Notes under the pieces: model-generated
Databases searched by the model: none
The model's input: the letters and a program-made list of their open reading frames with translations, nothing else
Told to the model about the DNA's origin: nothing
Made by a program: the position numbers and the translations under genes
Assembly: GCF_009914755.1 (NCBI RefSeq)
Contig: NC_060930.1
Origin: the human T2T-CHM13v2.0 reference genome, Homo sapiens
Reading direction: 5' to 3' (one strand)
DNA length: 64,000 nucleotides
In this document: piece after piece, positions 29,911-45,127 of the stretch
Layout of the letters: every line of letters begins with the position of its first letter
Position numbering within the stretch: position 1 is the first letter of the stretch

Positions 29911-30200
29911 GGCCGAGCGCGGTGCCTCATGCCTGTAATCCCAGCGCTTTCAGAAGCCGAGGCAGGTGAATCACTTGAGGCCAGGAGTTCGAGACCAGCC
30001 TGGCCAACAGGGTGAAATCCTGTCTGTAATAAAAATACAAAAATTAGCCAGGCATGATGCTGTGTGCCTGTAATCCTAGCTGTTCAGGAGGCTGAGGAAT
30101 GAGAATCACTGGAGGCTGAGAAGCAGAGGTAGCAATGAACCAAGATTGTGCTCCTGCACTCCAGCCTGGGCAACAGAGCAAGACCTCGTCTCAAAAAAAA
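29911..30200 (+). mobile_element. Alu with TSD gaaactgtaacatt
   Basis: Full Alu with flanking direct repeat. Confidence 0.93.
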
Positions 30201-33200
30201 GGAAACTGTAACATTCTGTGGTAATGAGATACCCAGTTTATGGCTGCTTTTTGCCTATTATTTGTGTACTGACCACAGAAGCTTAAAGGGTACTGTGGCA
30301 TTAAAAGTGAATCTCTTTGTTCCTCATATGTATATTTTTTTCATATTTGTTAATTTGAAATTTGAAAATATTCATCTTTTGGTCTATGGCATTGATAGCA
30401 TTCACCAGTGTCACCTGAAATTTGAGTTCCTGCTCAAACTGGAAGTCTTGTATTTTTTTCCTGAAGCACTCTTCAAGGATCCAACTATGGTAGCTTAATC
30501 ATTACATCTAGAAAATGACTTATGGCTCCTTGTGAAAATTGCTTCTTTGTATGAAAATTCTGGTACAGCATGCAGGCTATTGTGTTCTGGGAATAGCATA
30601 GTGATGATGTGCGTTATGGAGATAACAGGACATTAGGTATACAGAATGGAATTAATATTTAGAAGTGCAGGATGCCACTCAGATAACCCTGTGGTCATCC
30701 CTAAGTATTGTGTAGCCCTCGGTTAACATATGGCACATGGACAGGGAGGAGCCTTGGGAATCATTAGGTTCAGTGCCCTCATTCTATACTTTGAGGAAAC
30801 TTTGACTTAGAGAAGTTGTTCAGGATCATTTGCTCATGTCACTCAACTACTTAGAGTGATAAAGCCAAGGGGAATGCCAGAGTTTCATAACTTTCAGTCC
30901 AGGGAACCTTCGACTTCAACATACTTTTTCTTCTGTAACGTAGCAAATCAGGGGTTTCAAAATATTATGAATGTTAAGAAAAAATTGGTAGATTTTCTTA
31001 TAGTTTTAAGAGATAACTGAAAGAGCATCCTTTATAATAATAAATATGACAGCATTGGTTCTACAGCACTTACTATAATCGTATTTTCATCCCAATAGTC
31101 TAGTCTATACTCTTTATTAATTATCCACTATATACATAACAGATAGATTATTTTTATTAATTATCCACTATGCACATAACAGATAGACCCAGATGGACTT
31201 GTAAATGATCTATGGCTATATTTATTTTTCTGTAGGTAGCATTACACATGGAATTGTTTCAAGTGGGAACAGGGGAAGAGAAGAAAGCCAAAGGTTCAGA
31301 TTTGGCATAGCTCTTGGAGAAGATGGGCTTGAATAATGAGAAGCACGCAGGATGTCATTTGAGAGTTGTGGATGGAAAGAGCCTTCTGTTCAGGAGGATT
31401 GCAATGAGGGGAAATAGAATTCTGAGATCGGTTCTGTGTATTTCCTCCCCTAGAATGGAGGAAAGGAGACTGGGAGCAGAAGAGATGATGGTAATTAGAA
31501 AACAGATGTGTGTGGCTCAGATGGTTTGATGGGCAAAGGCCAGTGAGAATCACTGCCGAGTTCTGGGAGGCTTTGGCGATGATCTCAAAATGGGAAGCTT
31601 GAAATGATTAAAACTGTGGAAAGGAAGAGAAAGATAAAAGGAAGATAAAGGTAGATTTATTATGGGACAAGCCCAAACAAGAATAGGACAGCCAAGGTGT
31701 CCAAAATAAAACTGGGAACGCCTATGGAGTTGGAACCCATGTCATCAGCACAAATTACTGGAACTTTGTTTTTTCTGTTTCTTTAATGAATATATTCCAC
31801 AAACAAGGAAACACGGTAAAATCTAGTTTTAACTTTTAAGGCGTTTTCCAGATTATATCTTGGTAGCAATATGGACTGAAATTAATTTAATAGCTTCAGA
31901 AGAAAATATCATTTATTGGGTTATAACCTAACTTTCCCCTTTTTATAAGTGAGGAAACTGGGGCTCAAGGGTGTGAAGTGACTGGCTTCTAGCACCACAG
32001 TGTCCTAGGAACTTTAACATGAGGATTTGCTGAGTGGATTTAAACTGCTCACAGTCCTATGGACAGTGAGGAACAGAATTGTCCCTGAATTCAGGCCTTG
32101 CACAGCCCTGGCTGTGACTCTTTCAAGTGTTAGTTTGATTAACCATGAAATGGAGTTGCTGAAAAATCATGAACTGCAGTTTTATTCGTCAAGCAAAGTC
32201 ATTTCACAGTCAGTATAATATTCATGCTAAGGGTCTAATGCTTTAACAACATTCAGTATAAATTTCAGTTAACCTACACATTCAGTTAACCAGCACACCT
32301 GTTCTCTAACTAGCCTGGGAGAGTGTGAGCATACTTATGAGGTTAATTATGACTGGTAAATGTGAGTGGAGCTCATCAACACACAATGAGACCCCAGGAA
32401 GACACAACAGTGCCCTTCGCCCCAACTCCTCTCCAGGATCACGCAGGCAACCTTCTCCCCAGCCTTAATCCCTCAGAAGGCTTCAAGGACCCACTCAGCC
32501 ACTTAATACAGAAAGCTGGGAGTCCTCTGTGACAGCACTTCCTCAAAGCTGATGGAGTTGGCAGAGGGCCCTGGTGAGCTTTTTAGAGAGAGACTCCTGA
32601 CTCTCATCCTAGACTGTGATTCAGTTCGTCTTAGAGTGTGGCCCAGAAATCTGCATTTTTAAAAGTTCTGTGAGGAATTTGAATATACAGTTATTTGCGA
32701 ACCACAGCTTGTACTATATTAAGTATCATTTTGCAGAGAATTAAAAGCAGCACTGATGTTAATTCTTCCAACATTACCAATCCCCAGAAGAGCTCTATAG
32801 ACTCTGGGTCTCATAGACTATGAAAGTCTTGGTCCAGACCACATTTACTTTTTACCTAGAAAGCCTTCCTTCTCTTCTCCCCATTTCAAACCAGGGCTAA
32901 GCTATTGAACTTGTGGATGTCATCTGGTGGTGGTTCCTGTCGTGCTCAGGATCTTGGAAAGATTTCTGTTTATCTGGCACGCTCCACACAGGCCTGTCAG
33001 GCTCTGGGGATTTGTGGCATTTGCAGAACTTACAAGGCAGGCAGCATAAAAATATATAATTCATAGAATGAAAGATTTTGGAGGCCCCTTCACTTTTACA
33101 AATTGGCCATAAAATAGAAATCACAGACATAACATTCATATAACCGCAGTTGCCAAGAATGAAGAATCACTTGGGGGAGGGAGAGGGTGCTTGAGGAGTT

Positions 33201-34445
33201 TCATGTGTACTTCTCTATAGGGCACCTAAAGAAAGAGTGAGCATTCAAACTCTCTGTGCAAATGATAATAGGAACATTAAAGTAGAGGATAGAGTTCTCG
33301 GCCTGACAATTGCAAGTATCTGTTAAGGATAATGAAGATTTCGAGATTGATCCTAAGAGGTCTTTAAAAGTCTTTTCACAGTGATTGAGTTTATCATTTG
33401 AGGGCATTTGCTTGTCCTGATAGACATTCCAAATATACTTAGGATTTTGTATACATTTTACTATAACTTACTGCTTCTTGGTTTTTTCCTTTCCCAGTGG
33501 AAGCAGTTGACAATATTTGAGGCAGCTGTCTACTTTGACCGCCTGTGATATATCAGGGGAAGGAGGGAAGGGAAAAGTATACATCCTGCCACCTTCTTCT
33601 CCAATTAGCTGCGTTGACACTCTGGGCTTCCATTAGCTTTCTAGAAAGAGTCCTTAGGAAGGAGAGAGAGGCTAATCTGCTCCTGTCAGTTCCACTTAAG
33701 CCTTCTGGGGACTTGAGTCATGGCTGAGTAATGGCTGATGATACTGGTTGTGATCGCCGACTGTTGAAAAACAGTGTATTCAATGAGGTTGGATACATGC
33801 AAGACATAAAAAAGGAAAGAGGATCTCTGTCACAGAAGTCAAACTAAAAATTCTCTTCACTATTTGATTTGTATATTAAAGAAGTGTCATCTTAGGAGTC
33901 AGGAGAGCCGAGAGCTGGGCTTTCGTGGTTATGTGTCACTCTAGCTTTGTGACCTTGAAGATGCCAAATGATATTTCTGGGCTTCAGTTTACTCATGTAA
34001 AAATAGTTGTAATATCTACATAGTGTAAAGGAAAATTTCATCCAAATCAAACACAGATTGGGCTGGAGATGGGGGTGATAGAGGGTGATAGTTGTGGCTA
34101 GGGGGTGTTGAATGGATGAATTATTCTAAATTGCTTCTGGACCTCAAACTCCATTATGTTAGGAATCTGTGATCCACGGGGAGTATGGGGGGCACACAGA
34201 GGGAGTTACTTGGATGCTACTAATGATACTTAAGCCATTTGATAATTTACACTCTTAGAGAAATGCACAGCCAGAGTAAAAGACAGTTATGCTGTTTCAT
34301 TCTGTATTGTTAAACAAGGATGAAAAGGGTTTACATGTCACAGAACCTAGGACAGGGTCAGTCCCTCCCTCCTTAAAAATCAGTCCTTTTTTTTTTTTTT
34401 TTTTTTTTTTTTTTGCCATCTTTCCAGAAAGTGCATTTCAAATAA

Positions 34446-34823
<378 letters not shown>

Positions 34824-36669
34824 TAGTTCTACCAGGAACAGGAGGAATCTGCTTCTTGTTAACACTGTATCCAACATCTACACATTGATTTAGCTGCTTA
34901 ATTCGGCAAGTTTCAATGCATTACATAGGTTCTTTTAGAAAATGATTAAAAACCCCACCCTAAATTTCAGACAGGTTTACTTACGTTTGTGGTAGTGCAT
35001 TAGGTGTCTTTAAAACTCACAAGGCTGATTCCAGAAATTTTAGTGAAAACACATTTCCTGCTTTTATGTTCATATCATGTAGGTGTGTATTGGTATTTAG
35101 AGAAATGATAGAAGTACCGTCACTGTGAGGATGTTAAGCCCTCCTTTATCTCAAGTTATTATCGTAGACCCAGCTGCAGAAATGACACAGGATGTTTTGT
35201 TCTTATAGACGCGTTCTTTTTAAATAACAAACTTTCAAACTATTAGTTGGAAGCTTGCCACAAACTAATAAAACAATTAGAATTAACATCTTTTAAAAAA
35301 TGAATTACCCAATAGCCTAAAGGTAAATAACATCTTTGGTTATTAGTAAAAAGAATCAGATAGATACTAAGCCTGCTACTGTGCTGATTACCCAAACAAT
35401 TCAGGAGAAATTAAGTGATTTCACCTAAGTTTTCTAGGTAAGTGCCTCAGTTATTCACTTAAACTGTCCAAGAGGCACCTGTACTCTTGTAATAAAGTAC
35501 TTACCTATGTGGTAACTCCCATCTTCTAGGTCATTAATTCAGATGTAACACATTCTTCCTTGCTATTCCGTAATGTGCTATGAGACGGGAAAAAATGCAC
35601 CTATCCCAATTGTTGGACAGTTTGTTTCTATGGAGGAATTAAACTCTGAGTTTATGTTGGCAGCTCTGTCGTAGCCATAATTTCATACCCCAGCCTGGTT
35701 GTAATGGAAACTCCAACTTATAAATGCTATTTGTACCATTAAACTAAACATGAAACCTAATTCAACCTTCCTGATCATAACCTTGTAGCCAAGAATGTAA
35801 TTTATTTTTCTGAATATCTGGACTTCTGTAATTGTTGCCAATGAACAGGCTTTTGAAGTACTCACTGATTAAACCATAAGTAACAATGACCTATTAAAAT
35901 GACCATCTTTTTATTTTCTCTGATGACTTCAAATAGCATTTGGTCAGATAAAGCAGCTGTATTTGAAGATTCTCTTGGTTTCACATTTTAGTGAAATTGT
36001 TGTGTTAATTAGTGTTAAGCAGCACATTAAATTCCTCAGAGCAGTTAGGGCTCATTCAGTGTCTGTTTAGGCTCTTTATGTACAAAGCACATTCTAGGCA
36101 CTGTGAGGACACATAGTAGACTGGCCCTCAAGAAACAAGGTATTACTCATAAGAAAAAAATACATAATGGAAAAATTGCACCAAAATGGCATGTGACTGG
36201 TTGTTAAGTGAATGATATAGATATTATATTTTATTCCAGTGACAACTAGCCTTTAAGCTTCAAATTTATTAAATGCTACCCTGCATACAAATATTTCAGG
36301 AAAATTAAATTAACCTATAATTGCAAAGGCAAAAATTCAAATGACCTACCATAATATATTTATGTTTGCAGTGTATTTATGATTTTCTACTGTGCTTTAT
36401 TATTTAGTTTTGAGCTTTTTAAAATGACCTTCTGTTATGAGTATGTGCTGAATGAAGGAATCCTTTGATTATTGTCAGTTGTTGATCAATGCTGAGCATT
36501 CAAAATGGAGAAATATCTTTATTGCAGATAAAAATGATTAATCATAGATGCTTTTCATAATAGCTATGAAAAATATATAATAAAGTAGATAATAGTATAA
36601 ATAGTATATAATATTATATCAAAATAGATAAACAGTAGTATATCAAGATAAGAAGTAGATAATAGTATA

Positions 36670-38484
36670 TAAAAATCATTGTCCACTAGGCAATTAGAAA
36701 GGAAAAAGAAAGGAAAGACATTCATATTGGAAAGGAAGAAGTAAAACTTCTCTGTTTGCACATAGCATGATCTTATTATAGAAAATCCTAAAGAATCCAC
36801 ACAAAAAAACTATTGGAATTAATAAATGAGTTCAGCAAGATTGTGGAATATAAGATCAATATAGAAAAATCAATCGTATTTTTACCAATCAGTCCAAAAT
36901 GAAACTAAGAGAAGAATTCTATTTATAATGACATCAAAAAGAATAAATTCAACAACAGCAGTATAAGGCATGAGCAATGAAAACAACAAAACATCAAAGA
37001 AACGAATTAAAGGAGAACTAAATAAATAGGAAGACATCCATGTTCATGGATTGGAAGACAATATTGTTAAGGTGGCTGTCGTAATCAAATTTATCTACAG
37101 ATTCAATGCAGTCCTTATCATAATCTCAACTACTTTTTTGGGCAGATATTAGCAAGCTGACCCTAAAGTTCACATGGAAATGCAAAGGACACAGAGTAGC
37201 CAAAAACAATCTTGAAAAGGAAGAACAAAGTTGGAGGGACTTACCCTTCCCTTCCCAATTTAAAAACTTAGAACAAAGCTATAATAAGACTGTGTGGTAC
37301 TGACATGAGTATAAACATATAGATTAAGGGAATAGAATTGAGAATCCAGAAATAATAATGACCCCAAATACACTTATGGTTAGTGAATTTTTGACAAGGG
37401 TACTAAACAGCTAAGTGGGGAAAGAATAGAAAGAGGAGTCTTTTCAACAAATGGTGCTGTGACAATTGGATATTTGCATGCAGAAGAATGAAGTTAGACA
37501 ACTAACTCACACCACACACAAAAGTAACTTAAAATGGATCAAATACCTAAATGTTAGAAATAAAGCTATAAAACTCTCAGGAGGAAACATAAATGTATAT
37601 CTTTACGATCTTAGATTAGGCAATAGTTTCTTAGATATGACACCAAAACCAAAACAACCAGAGAAAATTTAGATAAATTGGACTCAGTCAAAATGAAAAA
37701 CTTCTGTGCTTCAAAGGACACCATAAAGAAAATGAAAAGACAACTTACAGGATGGGAGAAAATATTTGTAGATTATGTATTTGCAAATCCAGAATATATA
37801 TATGGAACTCTTAAAATGCAATAATAAAAAGACAATTTGTAAATGGATGATGGATTTGAATAGACATTTCTCCAAAGAAAATATACAAATGGCCAATAAG
37901 CACATGAAAAAATGCTCAACATCATTAGTCACAGGGAAATGCAAATCGAAATCACAACGAGATACCACTTCACAGCAACGAGGATGGGTATAATAAACAA
38001 CCAAAAAGACAGTAACAGGTCAGGCATGGTGGCTCATGCCTGTAATCCCAGCACTTTGGGAGGCCGAGGCCAGCAGATTGCTTGAGCTCAGGAGTTTGAG
38101 ACCAGCTTGGGCAACATGGTGAAACCCTGTCTCTACCAAAAAAAAAAAAAATTACAAAAATTAGCCAGTCGTGGTGTGTGCCTGTAGTCCCAGCTACTCG
38201 GGAAGCTAAGGTGGGAGGATCGCATGAGCCCGGGAGACGGAGGTTGGTGAGCCCAGGATCATGCCACTGCACTCCAGCCTGGGCAGAAGAGTGAGACCCT
38301 GTCTAAAAAAATAAAAAAATACATATATATCAATAACAAGTGTTGGCAAGGATGTGCAGAAATTGGAACCCTCATATGTTGTTGGTAGGAATATAAAATA
38401 GTATAGCTGTATTGAAAATGGTTTAGCAGTCCTTCAAAAAATTAAACCTACGGTTACCATATGATCCAGCAATTCCACTCCACT
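36670..38484 (+). mobile_element. Old L1 (L1M) ORF2 3' part, interrupted by an Alu and ending at an inverted duplication
   Basis: Degenerate ORF2 motifs (LSLFAxxMILYxENP, [30 protein letters not shown], gatccagcaattccactc). Confidence 0.92.
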
Positions 38485-38704
38485 CCTGACCTGTTACTGT
38501 CTTCTTGGTTGTTTATTATACCCATCCTCATGGCTGTGAAGTGGTATCTCATTGCGATTTTGATTTGCATTTCCCTGTGACTAATGATGTTGAGCATTTT
38601 TTCATGTGCTTGTTGGCCATTTGTATATTTTCTTTGGAGAAATATCTATTCAAATCCATCATCCATTTACAAATTGTCTTTCTATTATTGCATTTTAAGA
38701 GTTC
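37805..38704. repeat. Inverted duplication: arms 37805-38024 and 38485-38704 (220 bp)
   Basis: Reverse-complement comparison gives about 9 substitutions; the ORF track shows twin peptides on opposite strands. Confidence 0.95.
38018..38320 (+). mobile_element. Alu (J/S-like) inserted in the L1
   Basis: ggtcaggcatggtggctc...; the L1 resumes after the tail. Confidence 0.92.
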
Positions 38705-39091
38705 TGGAATTCCACTCCACTTCTTGATCACTCTGTAAATTAAGTTGTTCTGATAAAGCATAATAGCAAAAAATATTGTCATTAAGGAACATATTTATGT
38801 ATTTTGTTTTTAAAAAGAAACAAAACAAGTTTGATAATCAATCTTAGAGACTGCCTGAAATTTCATCAGTGCAGAGAGTTAAGAAGACCAACATTTCTCT
38901 TGTTATATCATGAAGATAAATATAGTTTATCACTTCTGATGAACTGATATACATCCTTTTTATTAATCTGATTATAGGCCTTTTTCACTCAGATTTATTA
39001 TATGAAACAGTTATTGTTCTGAAATTGAGGGAAGAATCCTAAGTATTTCCATACAGACGTTTCATGTTTGTTCTCTTGGTTTTTTTCCCAG

Positions 39092-39247
39092 GTACTACCT
39101 TTCCCAAGCCAGGTGGTGTACAACAGGGTAGGCAAGTGTGGGAGCCGTACTGTGGTCTTGCTTCTGAGAATCTTGTCGGAGAAGCACGGATTTAATTTGG
39201 TCACATCAGACATTCACAACAAAACCAGGCTTACTAAAAATGAACAA
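39092..39247 (+). CDS. UST: UST internal coding exon (probably exon 3), 156 nt, phase 0/0; VLPFPSQVVYNRVGKCGSRTVVLLLRILSEKHGFNLVTSDIHNKTRLTKNEQ
   Basis: Acceptor ttttttcccag ends at 39091; donor gtaagt starts at 39248. YNRVGKCGSRT is the sulfotransferase 5'-PSB PAPS-binding loop (cf. HS2ST YNRVPKTAST). Peptide recognised as UST. Confidence 0.96.
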
Positions 39248-40110
39248 GTAAGTTGACTTTGCACATTGTTAAATTGTGTTTTGCTTCAGCTCATTTGTGT
39301 AACTAGTGGGTGCCTTACAGGTCATCCTTCAGACTCCTGATGAGTGAATACCAGAGTTTTGATTTCATGCTGTATTTTTGCCAGAGTGTGGAAGGAAATT
39401 TAAGTTAAGGGTTCCATAAGAACTCTATAAACCAGGGAATATCCATGAAGGGATACTTCCATTAGGACTGATGAAGGACTGTATGTACTTGCCCTTGTCT
39501 AGTTAGCTAAAATTAGCGATATATACATCTCAAAGAGTCATACCACCGAGCTATAAATAATGCTGACATCTTCACCATCAAAATGAGAAGATTTTATTTT
39601 AATATTCTTCCCTCTTCATTTTCTCACCAATGTCCAGGATCTTTATGGTTGTATTGGTTGATGGGGGACATGAGCTTCCTGCTATGGGAAACTCAGAGGA
39701 TCTTAGGCTTTGAGAGCAGCATTTGGAATGTTCAGTGGTAGGAAAAGAATGACCCCACTTCACAGGAACAATTTTGCCCTAGTGTAGCTGAGCTGTACAA
39801 GTGGACGTGCTGATGGTAGGATGGGAGTGCTGTCCTCTACCAAGAAGCTATGAAGGTTTACTTTGCAAACCTGTATAGAGGTAAGGGCAACAGTCTCTGT
39901 GGGGGTGCTTTGCTAATGTAGAAAAGTCAGATAGAGTGTTCTCATGGTCATTTTACAGAGTTGGGTTTGTCATCCTGGTCTCAGAAACTGGCTTCTGTCC
40001 CCTTACATACATAGGATGAGCAGCCACCCAATGAGTGGTACCTGCATGTTGGGAAGAAACAAGGAACATGGCTCACTATCAGGTTGAGATCATCATTATA
40101 AAAATTTCCT

Positions 40111-40501
<391 letters not shown>

Positions 40502-42318
40502 TTACCAATTGCGTATTTCCATTTTATCTTGGGGGAAAGTAGAACTGTTTTAAGACAGTAACATAGCCAACCATACTTGTTCTAAAGCCACTATGTTTTG
40601 TGTCTTTTATAATACAGAGATCAAATTGCCCACTCCTTTGCAAACTTCCATTAAAAAATCACTCAGTATCAAGTTTAAATAGCCATTACCAGCACGAATA
40701 GTTAAAGAATCATTACCAATCAGCAAAAAATATTTTAAGGTTATACCTTGTAGGTTCCATATTAGGGTCTCCAAAGAAAAGAATGATCTTTGGTGGCATT
40801 TAAGGATATTGCATTTTATGTATAAGATTGTACATACAGTAGGGGCAGGTTCTCTTTGATTACCTTACTTGATTGAAGAGCTAATGTGATTAGGCTGGTG
40901 ATGCCTTTTTAACTGCCTGAAAGAAAGGAATTATAAATAAATACATTATTGCAATTTTATTATAATTATTAAATTTGGTGTTCTTTTGAATCTAACTCTT
41001 ATGGCCTGCTTATCTATGGGATTACACTTAAATATAATATCATCATACTCAGTTCCCAGATGCCTCATAAAACACAGTTGCTAGATTTTAGTTCCCACTG
41101 CAGGAGAGACAACAAACTACCTGCAGAGAGCAGGACAAAAGTAACTCAAGGATTAGACATTGGGATGTTCAGGAATTGTTAGAAGAAAGAACACAAAGTA
41201 CAGTATTTAAATGTGCCTTGGGATTTTATAGAGATCAACCTAGTTTGTTTCCTATGAGGAGCAAACATGAAAAAGTAAAATACACTTGTAACTATGAATG
41301 GAATAATTTAGAATAAAAATTAACAGCAATTTACTAACCATGTATAGATTGTTAGATCCAGAAAGGGTTAAAGACAAAGTCTTCCTTCTCTTCTAAAATA
41401 TAGGCTAGCTCTCATCTGTTTGGAATGGTTGGCTTGTCTGGAAGCCAGAGAAGAGACTAGACAGTCTTTTAAGATTCTTTCCAGCCCTGTGATTCTGTGA
41501 TATATTTGTACAACTTCTAGCATAATCTGTGTATTGTGTAGTTGAAACATTTCTGATTCCTGTGGTCAAAGTGACCTAGAATATATTTCATAACTTCATT
41601 ATTCCAGATTTCTATTAAATTGTAAGGCAGTTTTAAAAACGCATGGCAAAGGTAAAGATAAGGTAGAAAAAACAAATATATAATTTTAATGTGAAAACAA
41701 ACATAATAACAGTAACTATTACCTCTCCGCAGCCATCTGGCTCTGGCATGCAGAGAGAGAAGCCAGGAAATAAAAGGACAAGAAACCCAGTTTGAAGTTC
41801 AACAACATTTAGAGAAACACTTTTTTTGTCCTTGTATTGCTTTTATTAAAGTTTCAACGTGCATAAACAGAAAAAATATTATTTTAATATATATTCAAGA
41901 AATAATTTGTGGTATGAATAGCTCCTTTTTTGGTAATTTATTAGAGGAATGAAGGGGGAAATGGTTTAGAAGACTAGTGGAAATTGTAGTCAGTTGTTCT
42001 CACCTATAAATGGTAGAATTCTGAAAATTTGTTCCCATAGAATCATTGTCCTCTAGAGTTAATAACAATTCCACTTCAGGTGCAGTATGACTTAAACAGG
42101 CTCTTGTGGGCTGGCCTGGGACTTTATCCACCGTGTAGAGAATTTCTTTTATGAGAAAATGTGCTCCAAGTTTCAAACTACTGACTTACAAATGAACTTT
42201 GGAATATTATCCATTTCTAAGACCAGATTATCTATTCCATTTCATTCATACAAAAAGGCACCTCTCTGGGCCACAGTCAAATTCACACATGCATTGCTCT
42301 CTGGAGGGTAGTTGTGAT

Positions 42319-42321
<3 letters not shown>

Positions 42322-42360
<39 letters not shown>
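42322..42360. repeat. (CA)n microsatellite
   Basis: Read directly from the sequence. Confidence 0.95.
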
Positions 42361-42363
<3 letters not shown>

Positions 42364-44042
42364 CTAAATTTTTTAAATCTATTAAATGGAACAAGACACT
42401 GAAGGGATTATTAAAAAGGAAAGGGAGTGTGAAGACACCAAATGTTAGAATGCCTATAAAAATCCCACTACATCTGTCCTTATAAAAATAGAAATACCTT
42501 TGAAGTTCATATTTTGGGAAATATCACCTCAACAGCAGAGCATGGGCAATGGCTGCTGGGCAAGTGTTGGACTTTCGCACAGCTCATCATGCAAACCTGT
42601 GATGACATCATTGCATTTATGCCCTAAAACTAGATTTCAGGTCTTAAGCTGGCTTAAATTATCTCTTGAAAAATGGAGATTATATACAGCTTTGAAAAAT
42701 AGGGAATTTTTTTCCCCAGAAGACATGGCATGTGATTGCCAAAAAAACACATAACCATCTTTGGTTAAGAGGTGACACCATCTTTCTGAGCATTGCTCTA
42801 AATACAAGAAAGGTCAGAGTGCTGCAGGTGTATTACAACTATGAGAATCCATAATTACTTTCATTCTCTTTAAAGAAAAGCAAAAGTTACCAGCATATTG
42901 AGAAGGCACATAATTTTACTATTTCTATTTCTGTTGAAACTGAGGATTACGTGTTGGATACAGCACCTACAACCTGCATTGTTTTTCTTCATTGTTTCAT
43001 TGAACTTTTTGGACCTAAAAATATACTACTGAGTGGGTATGATTCCCTGTTTTATGGGTGAGACACCTAAGACAATCAGATTGTAACTTTCCAAATACAT
43101 TGTAATGACTATCAGTGGCTCTTGGCCTTGAACCTAGGCCTTCCTTAATCCAAAAGCCATTCTCATCATGCAGTGTTTATCTCCTCTAGCTGGATAGCAG
43201 AATCTCAGCAGAGCCTTTTAAAACCTAGAGTTGCAGTGGCCCTTCTCCTGGAGATTCTGGGGTAGAGCCCAGAAAACTTTTTCTTTAATGAAGTGTCACA
43301 AGAGATTTTATGATGCAGCCAGGGTTAAGAAGCTCTGTCGAAATCATCATACCAGCATTGCCCTAGGTATGTTCCTGAGAATCCTAGTCCTCTAAGACAT
43401 TGAAAGAAAAAAAATATTATGGTTCAATAAATTTGGTAAATGTTGCGTGCCTTGTCCCGAATGAATCAATTCACGATGATTATTCGCATTTTGAAGACTT
43501 CGAAAATTAAAAACAAAACTGCAAACAAACTGTTTGACTGGATTTCACCTAGCGTTTTTGCAGTCTTCATTGTTCAGGGGAGTCTTAATGAGTGTTTGTG
43601 ACTCATTTGCATTCTGCAGAACTCCAGTTCATTGTCTGTGAAATACTAGGCAAGTCCACATCCTCCCACCAGTTGTAACAGTAAAGGCTACTATATCACT
43701 ATAAACGTAACATCTGTTCTGACCCTCCAACAGCTATTCAAATTATTAAAACCTTGAAGAGTTATATAAAGGGTGGAGGAGAGAGAGATCCTATGCCCAT
43801 GTGCCCTAGATAGCTTTAGCTTCCTTATCAAAACACTATTTCCTTACAATATTTTAAATTTCCCTCTCCTGTTGCTCTTGCCCCCTGCAAGTTTCAAGTC
43901 TGAATGGTGGCTAGAAAGCAGTGAGACTTAGGGGGAAAAAACCCAACTCACCTAAAAAAATCATGTTAAGTTTGTAAAAGTCTACAGGCTACAGGGATCC
44001 CTAAGGCATGGTTAATCGGGCCTCTGTTTAATCAAGAAGGTG

Positions 44043-44718
<676 letters not shown>

Positions 44719-44996
44719 TTATTGAGAACCTAGTATTAATGTGCGTATTAAACCCCAGACAGCCCACTAGATATTAGTGCACCCTATTTCTAATCCTCGA
44801 GGCAACATTGTTAGGAAAGCATTATTGCCCCATGTTAGAAGGAGGAATAAGTGTGTACAGGAATCTGATTAAAATATAGTGTAAATTAAGAATAATGTGG
44901 GAGAATAAGACTTGAAAGCAAACGGGGGTCAAATCCCGAACTTTAAATGCTGGGCTTCGGAGTTGGAACTTTCTTCTGTAGACAGTGGGAAGCTAT

Positions 44997-45127
44997 TCCA
45001 TTTATGCCTGAGGTAGCAATTTTTTTAAATTTTTGCAATCAGACCTTGGCAATGACCTTGAGCAGTAGGATGTAAATAACTCCCACATGCTTAGCGTTCC
45101 AATAATGGAACACTAGGCATACATGGG
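44997..45127 (-). mobile_element. MER85 (non-autonomous piggyBac/PGBD3-derived MITE)
   Basis: TIRs (t)ccatttatgcct / aggcatacatggg, TTAA at 45128-45131, internal palindrome gttccaataatggaac at 45096-45111. Confidence 0.9.

Noticed and set aside
37711-38782. Twin near-identical ORFs on opposite strands suggesting a gene pair
   Set aside because: Decayed L1 ORF2 sequence duplicated by the inverted repeat.
44997-45127. Structured small RNA (snoRNA/miRNA) candidate
   Set aside because: Explained by MER85 TIRs and its internal palindrome.
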